A stretch of 64,000 nt of DNA from Opitutaceae bacterium (GCA_051252375.1 JBPOFY010000002.1:64001-128000), one strand, 5' to 3'. Positions 41,721-51,664 are shown, counted from the stretch's first letter. Program-made: numbers and translations. The notes: generated by a model from the letters alone, not told the origin.

Positions 41721-43277
41721 CTACGGCACCTGTAAACGGACGAAGGATTTCGGAGTCGATGCCGACGGTGTCGGCATAGTGAACTTCACCGCTGCGGGGT
41801 CACTGACGTCCGCTGATTCGGTGGCATCATTCCAATCGGACAGGTTCTCTGAGGTCCAAACCGAGAAGGCATTCGGATCGACGTAGGGTCCCAATGGCCA
41901 GGTCACCACTCCACCGATCGCTGGTGGATTCGGAGTGAACGAAGATCCAGTTTCACCCAAAATATGCTCGATGCCGTTAGGCATACCATCTTTGTCGAAA
42001 TCCTCGTCGGCGGTCTGGCCTCCGGCATTGACCTCGGACCATTCCGCGAAGTCGAAGATCGCGTCATCACTGAAGAAAACCGTGTTCAGAATCTGAAGTG
42101 TTTCGGCAACTCCTAGGTTGAAGGTGCGGTCGAATCCAAATTCGTAACCTCCGTTGGTGTTCTCCGCATCATTCGTAGTGAACTTGTAGGTTCCAAACGA
42201 ATCACCCTCGAATCCCTGCACGTTTGATTGTGTCCCGGTATAGATGAGATCAAGGTCCGGATCCGTCAGGGAAAGCGTGCTGAGCGCAGTCTGTGATCCT
42301 GAGAAGAACTGCGCTTCCACCGAACTTGGCGGAGTGAAATCACCCTTTGCGGACTCAACGTTCATATCGACGCTGAAGGTGATATCGCGTGTTTGGGCAA
42401 GCGGGAACGGATCGGCACTATTGATGATGCCGTCACCATCCTCATCGTCCCCCGCCACCAGAGCGGGGCGATTCACCAAGAAAGTTAATGTCTGCACTCC
42501 CGGCTCGGTTTCGAAGTTGAATGCGTTGACCCCCGCTGCCATGTCGGCGCTCGTATCAAGTGAGCCGAGAGCCTGATTGGAACCAAACGTGGAGTCACCG
42601 TTGACGAGAATCGCCATCAGCTTGACGTCTTGAGCGCCTTCCGGAACACCGAGCAATGCCATATTGAGCGACATTTCCACGCCGTCGACAGCGGCCACGT
42701 AAGAACTGCTGTCCGCTCCCACATCGGTCCAAATCGCCCGCAGCTCGGTGACCGCTCCATGCGAAGCGGTGGCATTGTCCACCCGTCCGAGATCAACACG
42801 GATTTGTTTCTGAAGATCAAAATAGCTGGCATAGGCTTCCACACCGGTACCGTAAACGCGAATGGCCATGTCAGGTTCGAAACCGCTTTCGAAGGTCATG
42901 CCAGTTCCCGCATCTAGACCTAAATTGTTCAGGTCGCTTTCAAACCCTCCACTCTTTATGAGGTTGTTGGTGATGCTAGTGACGCCTCCGGCCTTGGAGT
43001 CAATAAACAGGATGACTCCGTTGCCATTGGCTCGGCCGGCGATGAACAGGTTCAGCTGTTTGCCAGTATCGGCGGCATGCAGGTTGGCCAAAGCATTACC
43101 AATATCCCAGCCAGTGGTATGGGTCTGAAGGGCGATTTGTGAATACTCAGTTTCAACACCAGCGTTTCGCGTGCCATCGACGGTGATGGCGGCATTGGCA
43201 GTGGACATGGTGGAGGTGGCGATCACTAGGACGCACAGGGCACCCCGGATATTTTGGCGGATTGACAGGATTTTCAT
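41721..43277 (-). CDS. Secreted multidomain protein, possibly with carbohydrate-binding modules, and a C-terminal beta domain
   Basis: Signal peptide from ATG 43277; DEDGDG and DFDKDG Ca-binding motifs; ITFSVDM module; C-terminal SENLSDW...FVRL. Confidence 0.75.
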   Translation of the reverse strand: MKILSIRQNIRGALCVLVIATSTMSTANAAITVDGTRNAGVETEYSQIALQTHTTGWDIGNALANLHAADTGKQLNLFIAGRANGNGVILFIDSKAGGVTSITNNLIKSGGFESDLNNLGLDAGTGMTFESGFEPDMAIRVYGTGVEAYASYFDLQKQIRVDLGRVDNATASHGAVTELRAIWTDVGADSSSYVAAVDGVEMSLNMALLGVPEGAQDVKLMAILVNGDSTFGSNQALGSLDTSADMAAGVNAFNFETEPGVQTLTFLVNRPALVAGDDEDGDGIINSADPFPLAQTRDITFSVDMNVESAKGDFTPPSSVEAQFFSGSQTALSTLSLTDPDLDLIYTGTQSNVQGFEGDSFGTYKFTTNDAENTNGGYEFGFDRTFNLGVAETLQILNTVFFSDDAIFDFAEWSEVNAGGQTADEDFDKDGMPNGIEHILGETGSSFTPNPPAIGGVVTWPLGPYVDPNAFSVWTSENLSDWNDATESADVSDPAAVKFTMPTPSASTPKSFVRLQVP

Positions 43278-43638
43278 GGGATTTAGGTAGCGGGGTGATG
43301 ACAGTGGGAACGGCGAAAGGTCAGGCAAAACCTAACCCGGGTATCTGGCATACGATTGCCCTTGTTATGTAAAAAATAATATTCCTGAGATAAAAAAGGA
43401 CAAACTCTATATTAGCTGACCATTGCTACACAGTTAAACTGAAAGAGGCAAAAGAACGGTAGGTGAGAGAAATACTACATTCAGACAGAAAAAATATACT
43501 GACAGAGTCCTGCTTTAAGTGCCTACACCTCTCCTTCGCAATTGCCGGAGGCAGGCTGCCGAGAGTGAGGGTTCATTTAAGCTAAGGAAGCCAACACTAG
43601 CTTCATATTGCCCGGCATGGCTTAGCCCGCAGTGAGCA

Positions 43639-43684
43639 TGTCGAACTGCCGAACTGTCGAACTGTCGAACTGTCGAACTGTCGA
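43639..43684. repeat. Tandem 8-mer repeat (TGTCGAAC) x5.75
   Basis: TGTCGAAC TGCCGAAC TGTCGAAC TGTCGAAC TGTCGAAC TGTCGA. Confidence 0.9.
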
Positions 43685-43758
43685 CGGAGCATAAGCGGAG
43701 ATGGTGCAACAATCCTTGCGCTGCCCGCTTTTTTAGCGCCCAAAGCTTTTAGCCCCTC

Positions 43759-44277
43759 CTATCTCAACAGCTGCGTGCCGATTATTAGTTCTTGGTATTG
43801 CTTCCAGCTGATTTCGCTCGGACCTTGGCAGAAAAAATTAACCCAGTTGTCTCCATGTTTCAATAAGACACCGCGCAGTTCAACCTTCCTTGCCTTTAGA
43901 CGTCCCACATCCTGGGAGTAAAAGATATAATTACCTCTCCCTAGTAGCTTTCGTGGATAGTAGTGGCTACCCTGTTTGCGGTAGGCCTCGATCAATGGCG
44001 ATAAGGTTGCTTCGACCAGCTCCGTTGAATGCTGGATGCCCGACACGGGGTCGGCGACCACAAGCACCGAGACTGTCAGCTTTTGCCTCTCCGTAGGGTT
44101 TTCTAGGTGTGCGCTCGTCAAGATTCCAAGACCCGGCATCGACTGCTTTGTGGAGTCTACATAGTTCCACCCTTCGGGTATTTTATAGATGATAGAATCG
44201 GCGATCTTGAGACTCTTCGAAAAGAGTGTCGCCGTAACCAGAGCGAACAATAGGCAGATAATTGTTAATTTCTTCAT
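43759..44277 (-). CDS. Secreted hypothetical protein
   Basis: MKKLTIICLLFALVTA signal peptide at ATG 44277. The longer ORF-track N-terminus runs into the transposase relic. Confidence 0.6.
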   Translation of the reverse strand: MKKLTIICLLFALVTATLFSKSLKIADSIIYKIPEGWNYVDSTKQSMPGLGILTSAHLENPTERQKLTVSVLVVADPVSGIQHSTELVEATLSPLIEAYRKQGSHYYPRKLLGRGNYIFYSQDVGRLKARKVELRGVLLKHGDNWVNFFCQGPSEISWKQYQELIIGTQLLR

Positions 44278-44359
44278 ACTGAGGAGTTCAATCAATATGA
44301 ATAATCTCACCGCGGAACGCAAGAATGGACGAAGCCATGCGACCCACCACGAAGACAGG

Positions 44360-44522
44360 AAAAAAGGAGCCGACTGGAAGGTTTCGATCGCAAAACGTCT
44401 ACGCAAAGAGACCACGGCGAAGAATCCATGGATCGCACAAAGGCTACAATTCGGACACCCCACTACGTCAGTGATTTGGTCAACAAAGCATAAATCTATA
44501 TATTTTGCGTTTGCCCCCTTTT
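44360..44522 (+). pseudogene. Relic 3' end and right inverted repeat of a Y1/HUH transposase element
   Basis: Homologous to 46421-46585 (KKGADWKV.IAKRLRKETT.KNPWIAQRLQ.GHP), with a 1-nt deletion after GGACACCCC; IR 29/31 identical. Confidence 0.88.
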
Positions 44523-44639
44523 AGCCCTTTTCCCCCATTTATGCCTCAATCCACTTATCTGCACTCAATCGATACTTATAAAGTTGCTACGACGCATCGA
44601 ACTTGGCCTATCTTCAGCTAAGTTGCCCTGGATCCTAGA

Positions 44640-45569
44640 ATGAAAATGAAGCATATAGATTATCAAAGAATACTTATTGAAATTGGAACCGACCTAGTAG
44701 GTGTGGATGCGAGCGGCAAGGTCGCCTCTTACATCCCCGAGCTCGCCAATGTCGATCCAACTAAATTTGGCGTCCATCTGATGACTGTTTCCAACGAGCA
44801 CTTCTCTTTTGGTGATTCGAATGAAAAGTTCTCTATTCAAAGTATCTCTAAAGTATGGTCCCTCACTCTAGCCTTAAAAATACTCGGAAAAGACATCTGG
44901 CAACGCGTCGGTGTCGAACCCTCGGGTTCTGCCTTCAACTCATTGCTACAGTTAGAATATGAGAAAGGCATCCCGCGCAATCCCTTCATTAATGCGGGGG
45001 CGATTGTGATTTGCGACATTTTGGTTAGCTGCTTGAAAAGCCCAAAAGATGATCTGTTGGATTTCATTAAACAATCTTCCGGAATCGAAAGCATCGACTA
45101 TTGCGCAGAAATTGCGGATTCGGAAATGCAAACAGGTCACAGGAACTTTGCCTTGGCTCATTACATGCAGGACTTGGGCAATCTTCACAATGATATCGAA
45201 ACCGTCTTGGATTTATATTTCAATCTGTGCTCCATCAATTTGACCTGCAAGGAATTGGCTCAAGCTTTCTTGTTTTTGGCTTCAGGTGGGGTCAATCCTA
45301 TGACCAATGAAACGATCATCAGTCCACAGCGAACGAAACGTATCAATTCAGTGATGCAAATGTGCGGGTTTTATGACGAAGCCGGCGAATTCGCATTTAA
45401 AGTTGGCCTACCCGGCAAGAGCGGTGTGGGTGGTGGAATCGTCGCAGTCCATCCTGGGCTATACTCCATTGCAGTATTTAGTCCCAAATTAAACACACGC
45501 GGAAATTCTGATAAAGGAATGAAGCTGCTTGAAGCATTTACGACCAAAACAGAGTCCTCCATTTTTTAG
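44640..45569 (+). CDS. glsA: Glutaminase
   Basis: GKVASYIPELA, FSIQSISKV, VGVEPSGSAFN, NPFINAGAI, GFYDEAG, PGKSGVGGGI. Confidence 0.95.
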   Translation: MKMKHIDYQRILIEIGTDLVGVDASGKVASYIPELANVDPTKFGVHLMTVSNEHFSFGDSNEKFSIQSISKVWSLTLALKILGKDIWQRVGVEPSGSAFNSLLQLEYEKGIPRNPFINAGAIVICDILVSCLKSPKDDLLDFIKQSSGIESIDYCAEIADSEMQTGHRNFALAHYMQDLGNLHNDIETVLDLYFNLCSINLTCKELAQAFLFLASGGVNPMTNETIISPQRTKRINSVMQMCGFYDEAGEFAFKVGLPGKSGVGGGIVAVHPGLYSIAVFSPKLNTRGNSDKGMKLLEAFTTKTESSIF

Positions 45570-45575
45570 GGGAGA

Positions 45576-46585
45576 AAAAGGGGTCAAACGCAAAATATAA
45601 AGATTTGACTAATTTCCGACTAGACGTCTAGCCTAGTCAACATGCCACGAAAACAACGCATCGAATACCCTGGGGCGATTTATCACGTCATAAGCAGAGG
45701 GAACTATCGCAAGGACCTATTTGTTCACGATAAGACTGGCGAAGCCTTTGAGCGGACCATCTTTGAAGCTGCAGAGCGATGCGGATGGAAACTCTACGCG
45801 TATGTGATCATGAGTAATCACTACCACTTGGCGATAGAAACGCCTGAGCCCAACCTTGTGGAGGGTATGAAATGGCTGCAAAGCACATTTGCCACACGTT
45901 TTAACCGTTTCCGCAATGAACGCGGCCATGTATTTCAAGGGCGCTACAAATCGATCCTCATAAACGAAGATCGGCCGTTACTGGGATTAATCGACTACAT
46001 CCACCTCAACCCTGTCCGGGCGAAGCTATGCAGTGTCGATGCCCTCAAGGAGCACACGCTCTCAAGTTTCCCGAAATACTTTAAGCGTAAGGTAGCCGCG
46101 CCACTAGATCGCACCACCCTACTCTCACTGTGTGATCTGCCTGATACAACCGGAGGAATGAAGAAGTATCAAGAACGCCTCAAGCTAGTCGACGAACGTA
46201 ATCCTAGAAAACGCGATGAGCTCGCGAAGCAATATTGTCGCGGTTGGTTCTTAGGCTCAACCGAAGCGAAGAAGGCATTGGCAAAAGATATCGCTAAAGG
46301 CACTCCGATGATCGATTGGGAAGGCGTGGACCTAAAGGAGCTGAACGAAAACAACTGGGAGCAGATCGTTAAGACGGAGATGAAACGTCTCAAAAAGAAG
46401 GAGTCGGATATCGAGAATTCAAAAAAGGGAGCCGATTGGAAAGTCGCGATTGCAAAGCGCCTTCGCAAAGAGACTACAGTAAAGAATCCATGGATCGCCC
46501 AAAGGCTACAAATGGGACACCCCAACTACGTCAGTAATTTGGTCAATAACACATAAATCTTTATATTTTGCGTTTGACCCCTTTT
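45576..46585 (+). mobile_element. HUH/Y1 transposase element with perfect 31-bp terminal inverted repeats
   Basis: AAAAGGGGTCAAACGCAAAATATAAAGATTT (45576-45606) is the exact reverse complement of 46555-46585. Confidence 0.85.
45642..46556 (+). CDS. Y1_Tnp (IS200/RAYT-like) HUH transposase with C-terminal helical extension
   Basis: YHVISRGN, MSNHYHL (HUH), GHVFQGRYKS, YIHLNPVRA (catalytic Tyr). Confidence 0.92.
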   Translation: MPRKQRIEYPGAIYHVISRGNYRKDLFVHDKTGEAFERTIFEAAERCGWKLYAYVIMSNHYHLAIETPEPNLVEGMKWLQSTFATRFNRFRNERGHVFQGRYKSILINEDRPLLGLIDYIHLNPVRAKLCSVDALKEHTLSSFPKYFKRKVAAPLDRTTLLSLCDLPDTTGGMKKYQERLKLVDERNPRKRDELAKQYCRGWFLGSTEAKKALAKDIAKGTPMIDWEGVDLKELNENNWEQIVKTEMKRLKKKESDIENSKKGADWKVAIAKRLRKETTVKNPWIAQRLQMGHPNYVSNLVNNT

Positions 46586-46759
46586 AAGCCCTTCCATTTG
46601 CCCCCTTTTAAGCCCGCTAACTGTTACCGATATCTTTGGATCATACCAGTCAATGATTCCTTTCAACCTCAACAATTTGGCGTTTGCAAATAAAACTGAA
46701 CCATCAATAATAAGAAGATCTACTAACACATATTAACAAATACCAAATAAATACACACA

Positions 46760-47176
46760 ATGGAAACAATAACAAACGAGTGCACATTCACAGACGCTGC
46801 AAATGAAGATACATTAACAGTCCGCTTAAACTTCATACGATATAACTCTGGAACATCCTCTATTGCGAAACTAGCTAGCCATCAAATCACATGTGCACAC
46901 TGGACGAACGATAATGAAACAAAAAAAGTCAAAGCCGAGATCAACGAAGTGCTTAACAACGAAGAGCTCTGCAAAGAGGTCGACGGCAAGATGATCTGTA
47001 AAAGAGTCTGCCACATCGAAGTTCAATCAACTAAAGAAACCCTTTCAGCTGAAGACGCAGATGGCAAGAAACCTGGCCCACTGCTAAGAACTGAGTTCAA
47101 TGGTTTTCATCATTTTAGTTTCGAAACTGACGATTACGAAAAACCAAAAGCAAAGAACGAGAAGCCCAGCTCATAA
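46760..47176 (+). CDS. Hypothetical protein (AT-rich island)
   Basis: 138-aa ATG ORF, 26 bp upstream of the hydrolase gene. Confidence 0.6.
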   Translation: METITNECTFTDAANEDTLTVRLNFIRYNSGTSSIAKLASHQITCAHWTNDNETKKVKAEINEVLNNEELCKEVDGKMICKRVCHIEVQSTKETLSAEDADGKKPGPLLRTEFNGFHHFSFETDDYEKPKAKNEKPSS

Positions 47177-47202
47177 AGTTCAAACATTTAGTCCAATAAG
47201 CC

Positions 47203-48336
47203 ATGCCTTCATCAGTATTCGTTATCACCAATCGAAATTTCGAGAAAACAGGAAATTCCTATAAGCTTAGAAATACGATCAATCAAAAAGGTTCGCGTGA
47301 GTTACGCATGTTTGAAGCGAATCGCAGCAGTCCCAACTCGGATAAATGGGAGCTTCAAATAATACCTGATAGTGTAAACAGTAAGACCTTGCACAATATT
47401 GCTGGTGAGAACCTATGGCCTAAATTACCGAAGTATTCAGGTAGCCATTTAGTTGCTACTGAACTTGTTAAACGACTTCGAACAAACAGATCCAACTTAG
47501 TCTTTCTAGTTCATGGCTATAACAATAATGTTTACGATGCTCTTCAACGCGCAGAAAGCATCGCAAACAGATACAACGTCGAAGTTGTCGTATTTTCTTG
47601 GCCATCAAATGGTGGAGGCGACTCCGCCCTACGCAAGATACATGGGAAGGTCAGCTACAAACTCGATAAGGCGGATGCGCGAGGATCAACTGCCGCACTC
47701 GATTACGCATTAGCCAAAATGCACCAACTTCTAATGCAATTAAACGATGGTGTATTGAAAGGCATTCAAGACCAGGTCGCTAATGAAAGCTCTTCTAGCA
47801 GAGAAACTGACCGAATACGCATGGCAACATTGCTCAAAGAGAAAGCATGCCCCTTCAACGTCACCTTGATCACGCATAGTATGGGTAACTACCTTTATAA
47901 GAACATGCTACTCTCATCATCTGAGCGATTAAGTAAAAACGTAGTTTTCGATAATGTCATACTCAAATCTGCTGATACAAACCACGCCGACCATGCCCGC
48001 TGGGTAGAGAAGATTCGGGCACGTCACCGTGTTTATGTAACAATTAATCAGGACGACTTCGCCCTCACACTTTCCAATTTAAAAATTGGCGATTCCCAAA
48101 AGCCTCGACTAGGCAGCACCATTGGAGAACAGAATGCAAACAATACAGTCTATATAGATTTCACAAATTCACTTGGAAAAGAACATTCCTACTTCCTAGA
48201 AAGCGATCTCAGCGAAAACTCCAGCTCCGCTGAAGCAGCCAAACTTAGCTATTTCTTCGAAAAAGCATTTAATGGTGAAATAGCCGAAGAGCATTTAAAA
48301 TACTACCCACAAGCAAATACATATAGAATCATGTAA
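47203..48336 (+). CDS. Alpha/beta hydrolase (DUF900-like)
   Basis: ITNR, VHGYNN, FSWPS, nucleophile elbow THSMG, DFALTLS, PRLG, HSYF. Confidence 0.8.
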   Translation: MPSSVFVITNRNFEKTGNSYKLRNTINQKGSRELRMFEANRSSPNSDKWELQIIPDSVNSKTLHNIAGENLWPKLPKYSGSHLVATELVKRLRTNRSNLVFLVHGYNNNVYDALQRAESIANRYNVEVVVFSWPSNGGGDSALRKIHGKVSYKLDKADARGSTAALDYALAKMHQLLMQLNDGVLKGIQDQVANESSSSRETDRIRMATLLKEKACPFNVTLITHSMGNYLYKNMLLSSSERLSKNVVFDNVILKSADTNHADHARWVEKIRARHRVYVTINQDDFALTLSNLKIGDSQKPRLGSTIGEQNANNTVYIDFTNSLGKEHSYFLESDLSENSSSAEAAKLSYFFEKAFNGEIAEEHLKYYPQANTYRIM

Positions 48337-48561
48337 AACATTAGCCAAAATCAGGCACCTCTTCTCGCTAAACATAAAGACATCTTAAGCAACAGCTACG
48401 TCTCCGATCCTATTACCAAAGAAAACCGTCTATCAGGCTAATCGTCTACCACTACTACAATCACCTCAGATAACATACCTCATAGTAAAAGAAATACGCA
48501 GAATGGACTACTTTAATCCTATAAGCTTACTGTTTGTAAATATGATAAAACGAGATCAATC

Positions 48562-48993
48562 ATGGATGGACTAAATTTAGAAATTGCTAAAGCTGTTCTT
48601 AATAAAATCGGTGGCAACATTGATTTAGGAATAACACTAGCTGCTGCAACTATTGGTGGGATCATTGCATTATTAACTAAGCTCTATTTCGATTTAAAGC
48701 CATCAACTCACCCCTTCGAGATACTTCAAGATTTAAAACTGATACTAATTGCGTTTATTTTCACAGCAGTCTCTTCCCTATTTGGCCACTTAGCCCAAGG
48801 AAACTTGGCTGCAGTAATACCTAATCTATTTTCTCATGAATTCCAGTCAGGTATAAGTTTAACATATGCAGACTTCGAAGGGCATCAAAACCTGCAAATC
48901 CTGATGCAAATCCAGTATATATTTTTACTTAGTTCATTCTGCCTAATATTCGTTTTCTTATTCAAAAACATTAAATCCATACATAAAAAATGA
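48562..48993 (+). CDS. Hypothetical three-TM membrane protein
   Basis: Three hydrophobic segments; ATGA overlap with the next gene. Confidence 0.65.
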   Translation: MDGLNLEIAKAVLNKIGGNIDLGITLAAATIGGIIALLTKLYFDLKPSTHPFEILQDLKLILIAFIFTAVSSLFGHLAQGNLAAVIPNLFSHEFQSGISLTYADFEGHQNLQILMQIQYIFLLSSFCLIFVFLFKNIKSIHKK

Positions 48994-49586
48994 AGACCTT
49001 TATTACTATAAGCTTAATCATCTGCAGCCAAATTCTAGTGGCCGAAATCACAAATGAGAGTGTAAAGGAATCTGGAACAGTTCCTTTTAAAGAACGGATC
49101 GGCTTATTATCCGATAATTACAAAATAACTTCTCAAGATGATGAAGTGTTGCCAAGAATTTATGCGTGTCGCGTATCAAGTAAACTAAGAGGTTATGAAA
49201 ATGAACCTAATTACATATGTGGCTACGTTCAAATTGAACGACTCAAAAATAAATTCGCCCCAGAGAACTACATAACGATACCAGATAAAGTCGTAAAACG
49301 ATTGCAAGAATCATACGATGGAAACAAAGAAGAGTTCGACAGGTTTTTTGAAGAAACTTTAAGTAAAGACGATGTATTACGTAAGTTCACTCGTGAGGAA
49401 ATTGAAAACGCAATTATTAGAAATGCCTACTACTCTTACAACTTAGACCCCAAAATCTTCGAACTTAATTGGAAATTCAGTTACATTCACCCCATTTGCA
49501 AACCAATCAATCCAAACATGACGATTGGAAGCACTCCAAGTATTAGTGATGAAATCATAAAGATGCAAAAAAAGAAAAAACCTTAA
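48990..49586 (+). CDS. Hypothetical secreted protein
   Basis: Signal-peptide-like MKTFITISLIICSQILVA; translationally coupled to the upstream gene. Confidence 0.65.
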   Translation: MKTFITISLIICSQILVAEITNESVKESGTVPFKERIGLLSDNYKITSQDDEVLPRIYACRVSSKLRGYENEPNYICGYVQIERLKNKFAPENYITIPDKVVKRLQESYDGNKEEFDRFFEETLSKDDVLRKFTREEIENAIIRNAYYSYNLDPKIFELNWKFSYIHPICKPINPNMTIGSTPSISDEIIKMQKKKKP

Positions 49587-49829
49587 CACCGTTAGTGATC
49601 GTAAGTGATCACCTAACAGATCTGCACAAATCCCCCCACTAGACTAATCTAAGGAACCTAATCACCTTGTAACATTAACAACTTGTGAGAAATTCCCGCG
49701 TTTTACCCTGTTGGTTAACTCATCACCAATCACGCCGAATACTCGAATTCCCTGCGGAACAATAACAAAAAATTTCACAGAAATCCCTGAAGGTGAAAGA
49801 GGAGCCTGACTCACTCACAATCTTACATT

Positions 49830-50960
49830 ATGGCTCAACAATTAGAAAAAGAAGCTATCATTCTAATACATGGCATGGATGGCAAAGAGCCGAACCTAAT
49901 CTTAAATAAACTAGAGCGTGGAATACGATCCGCGGATCATTTATCTTCAATTCAGGTGCACCCGGATATAGAGATAGGCAACAAAGTGGGACGCTGTATT
50001 CAATATACCCGAGGATCGACACCGCAAAAAGCGAAGGAGCTACACCTCTTCGAAGCCTATTGGGGAGATCATTATGAAGCTCTAACGAAGCGTCCAATAC
50101 GCGAGCAAATCACCCGTGGAATATGCCTGCTCCTCTTTTGGGCTGGCACGCCAGTGCGCAAAACAAAAAACCGCTATATCGCCTTCGGTGGAATGCTGAC
50201 AGCTCTTGGGCTGACGCTCTGGTGGTATGGAGTCCTCGCGACTGGTCTCAATCTTATCGCATTGCCCAGCGGCCAGCCACTGAATGTGTTCATTGACCAA
50301 ATCGCGGAATCACTCTATCTGCCACTAGCCTTCCTTTGCTATATGTTTAGCGCCTTCATGAACTGGAAGATCGGAGTCCTAGCACTCATTAGCAGTGGCA
50401 CATTTGCCATGCTAATAGACTCAGTTGTCAACACCCTCAACTTTGCCTACAACTACCTGCACTCACAAAATATGCGCGAGTCGATATGGAAACGAATCAG
50501 TCACCTCGTCGAGACCCTAGAAAATGAAGGAGACTACAAACGTATCACAATACTTTCTCACAGTTTTGGCTGCGTAATCCATGTTGACTATTTAGCAGAC
50601 TACTGTAGCTCATCGGACACACCCATACGCCATATCACCATGGGCGGACCACTAGCAGTCATGGCATTGCGCTCGAGCAGTCTAAGGCAACGGCTCGTTC
50701 ATGCGCTAAATAACCCAGCAACACGTCCCCAACTGTGGATAGATTATTACTCGGAAGTAGATTGGATGTGCACGGCCACACCTGATGGTAGCCCACACTA
50801 TTCATTCAACCAGGAAGATATACTAGCAACCAAACGCAAGATCGAGCACCGCGAACTTACTTTTAATGCCAAGACTCTTTGGCAGCGCGCGCAAGGCGGC
50901 TATAAATACCACACTCAGTATTTCCAAGAATCCCAGATAATCGATGAGCTGCTAAATTAG
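49830..50960 (+). CDS. Membrane-inserted alpha/beta hydrolase-like protein
   Basis: LIHGM, EAYW, internal TM block, SHSFG elbow, ITMGGPL, DW, HTQYF. Confidence 0.7.
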   Translation: MAQQLEKEAIILIHGMDGKEPNLILNKLERGIRSADHLSSIQVHPDIEIGNKVGRCIQYTRGSTPQKAKELHLFEAYWGDHYEALTKRPIREQITRGICLLLFWAGTPVRKTKNRYIAFGGMLTALGLTLWWYGVLATGLNLIALPSGQPLNVFIDQIAESLYLPLAFLCYMFSAFMNWKIGVLALISSGTFAMLIDSVVNTLNFAYNYLHSQNMRESIWKRISHLVETLENEGDYKRITILSHSFGCVIHVDYLADYCSSSDTPIRHITMGGPLAVMALRSSSLRQRLVHALNNPATRPQLWIDYYSEVDWMCTATPDGSPHYSFNQEDILATKRKIEHRELTFNAKTLWQRAQGGYKYHTQYFQESQIIDELLN

Positions 50961-51248
50961 CATAAAACGGCCCACATAAGGATACTTTGCCCCAGAGGAA
51001 CAAAAGATGACATTGAAGGAGTCGCAAACGGTAAAGAATCACTAATACTGCCATTTCGACCATGTCATCTGTCTATGCCTAATTGTAAAAGTAAGGTCGA
51101 ATCATTAGGAGATGCTGAATCCTTCAAAGATAGCAAATCTAACCTCACTGCCTCTGCAAATGAGTAGTTCTACCATAACCCTATAAAATTCTACTTTCCC
51201 GAATAATTGCAGAAGCAAGTCAGCTAAATCCTTTGAGCTCATTTTACT

Positions 51249-51518
51249 TTATTTCGGAGGTTCAATTCCTATCTTGGATCTGCGGACTGGAAGGAAGAGA
51301 ACAAGAATAAAGGCTAAAAGAAATCCAAACGGCACAAAGGCGAGGAGCCCGAGTTGCCATTTGTAACCTAACGAATAAAACCGATATGCGAAACATACGA
51401 CGGGCAATATCACTCCCGCAAGAAGCATTATGATTAAATTATCGGTGAAGAGCGATACAGGGGGCACTGCTCCTTCCAGAGTTACAATCTCAAGGTAAAC
51501 AGCTAGTAGGTTTTGCAT
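51249..51518 (-). CDS. Small membrane protein (DUF805-like)
   Basis: YRFYSLGYKWQLGLLAFVPFGFLL pattern. Confidence 0.5.
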   Translation of the reverse strand: MQNLLAVYLEIVTLEGAVPPVSLFTDNLIIMLLAGVILPVVCFAYRFYSLGYKWQLGLLAFVPFGFLLAFILVLFLPVRRSKIGIEPPK

Positions 51519-51664
51519 TGTTATTTTAGGTTCGCGGTAGAACGTCGAACATCCGCGATGGCTTTGCTGTGACTCACTTCAATAGTTCGTTTTGTTGTTA
51601 ATTTTTGAGGATAGCGGATCTTTTGTCTCTGGGGAGTAAAAAGGGGGTATGATCATACCTTCCG

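Noticed and set aside
43639..43684. Possible CRISPR array
   Set aside because: 8-bp units with no spacers. No repeat-spacer array or cas gene was seen anywhere in the window.
44189..44524. 111-aa ORF as a genuine gene
   Set aside because: Chimera of the antisense of the neighbouring gene and the frameshifted transposase relic.
51525..51560. attC-like core (GTTCTAC on the minus strand) before the small membrane gene
   Set aside because: No complementary inverse core, no second site and no integron integrase in the window.
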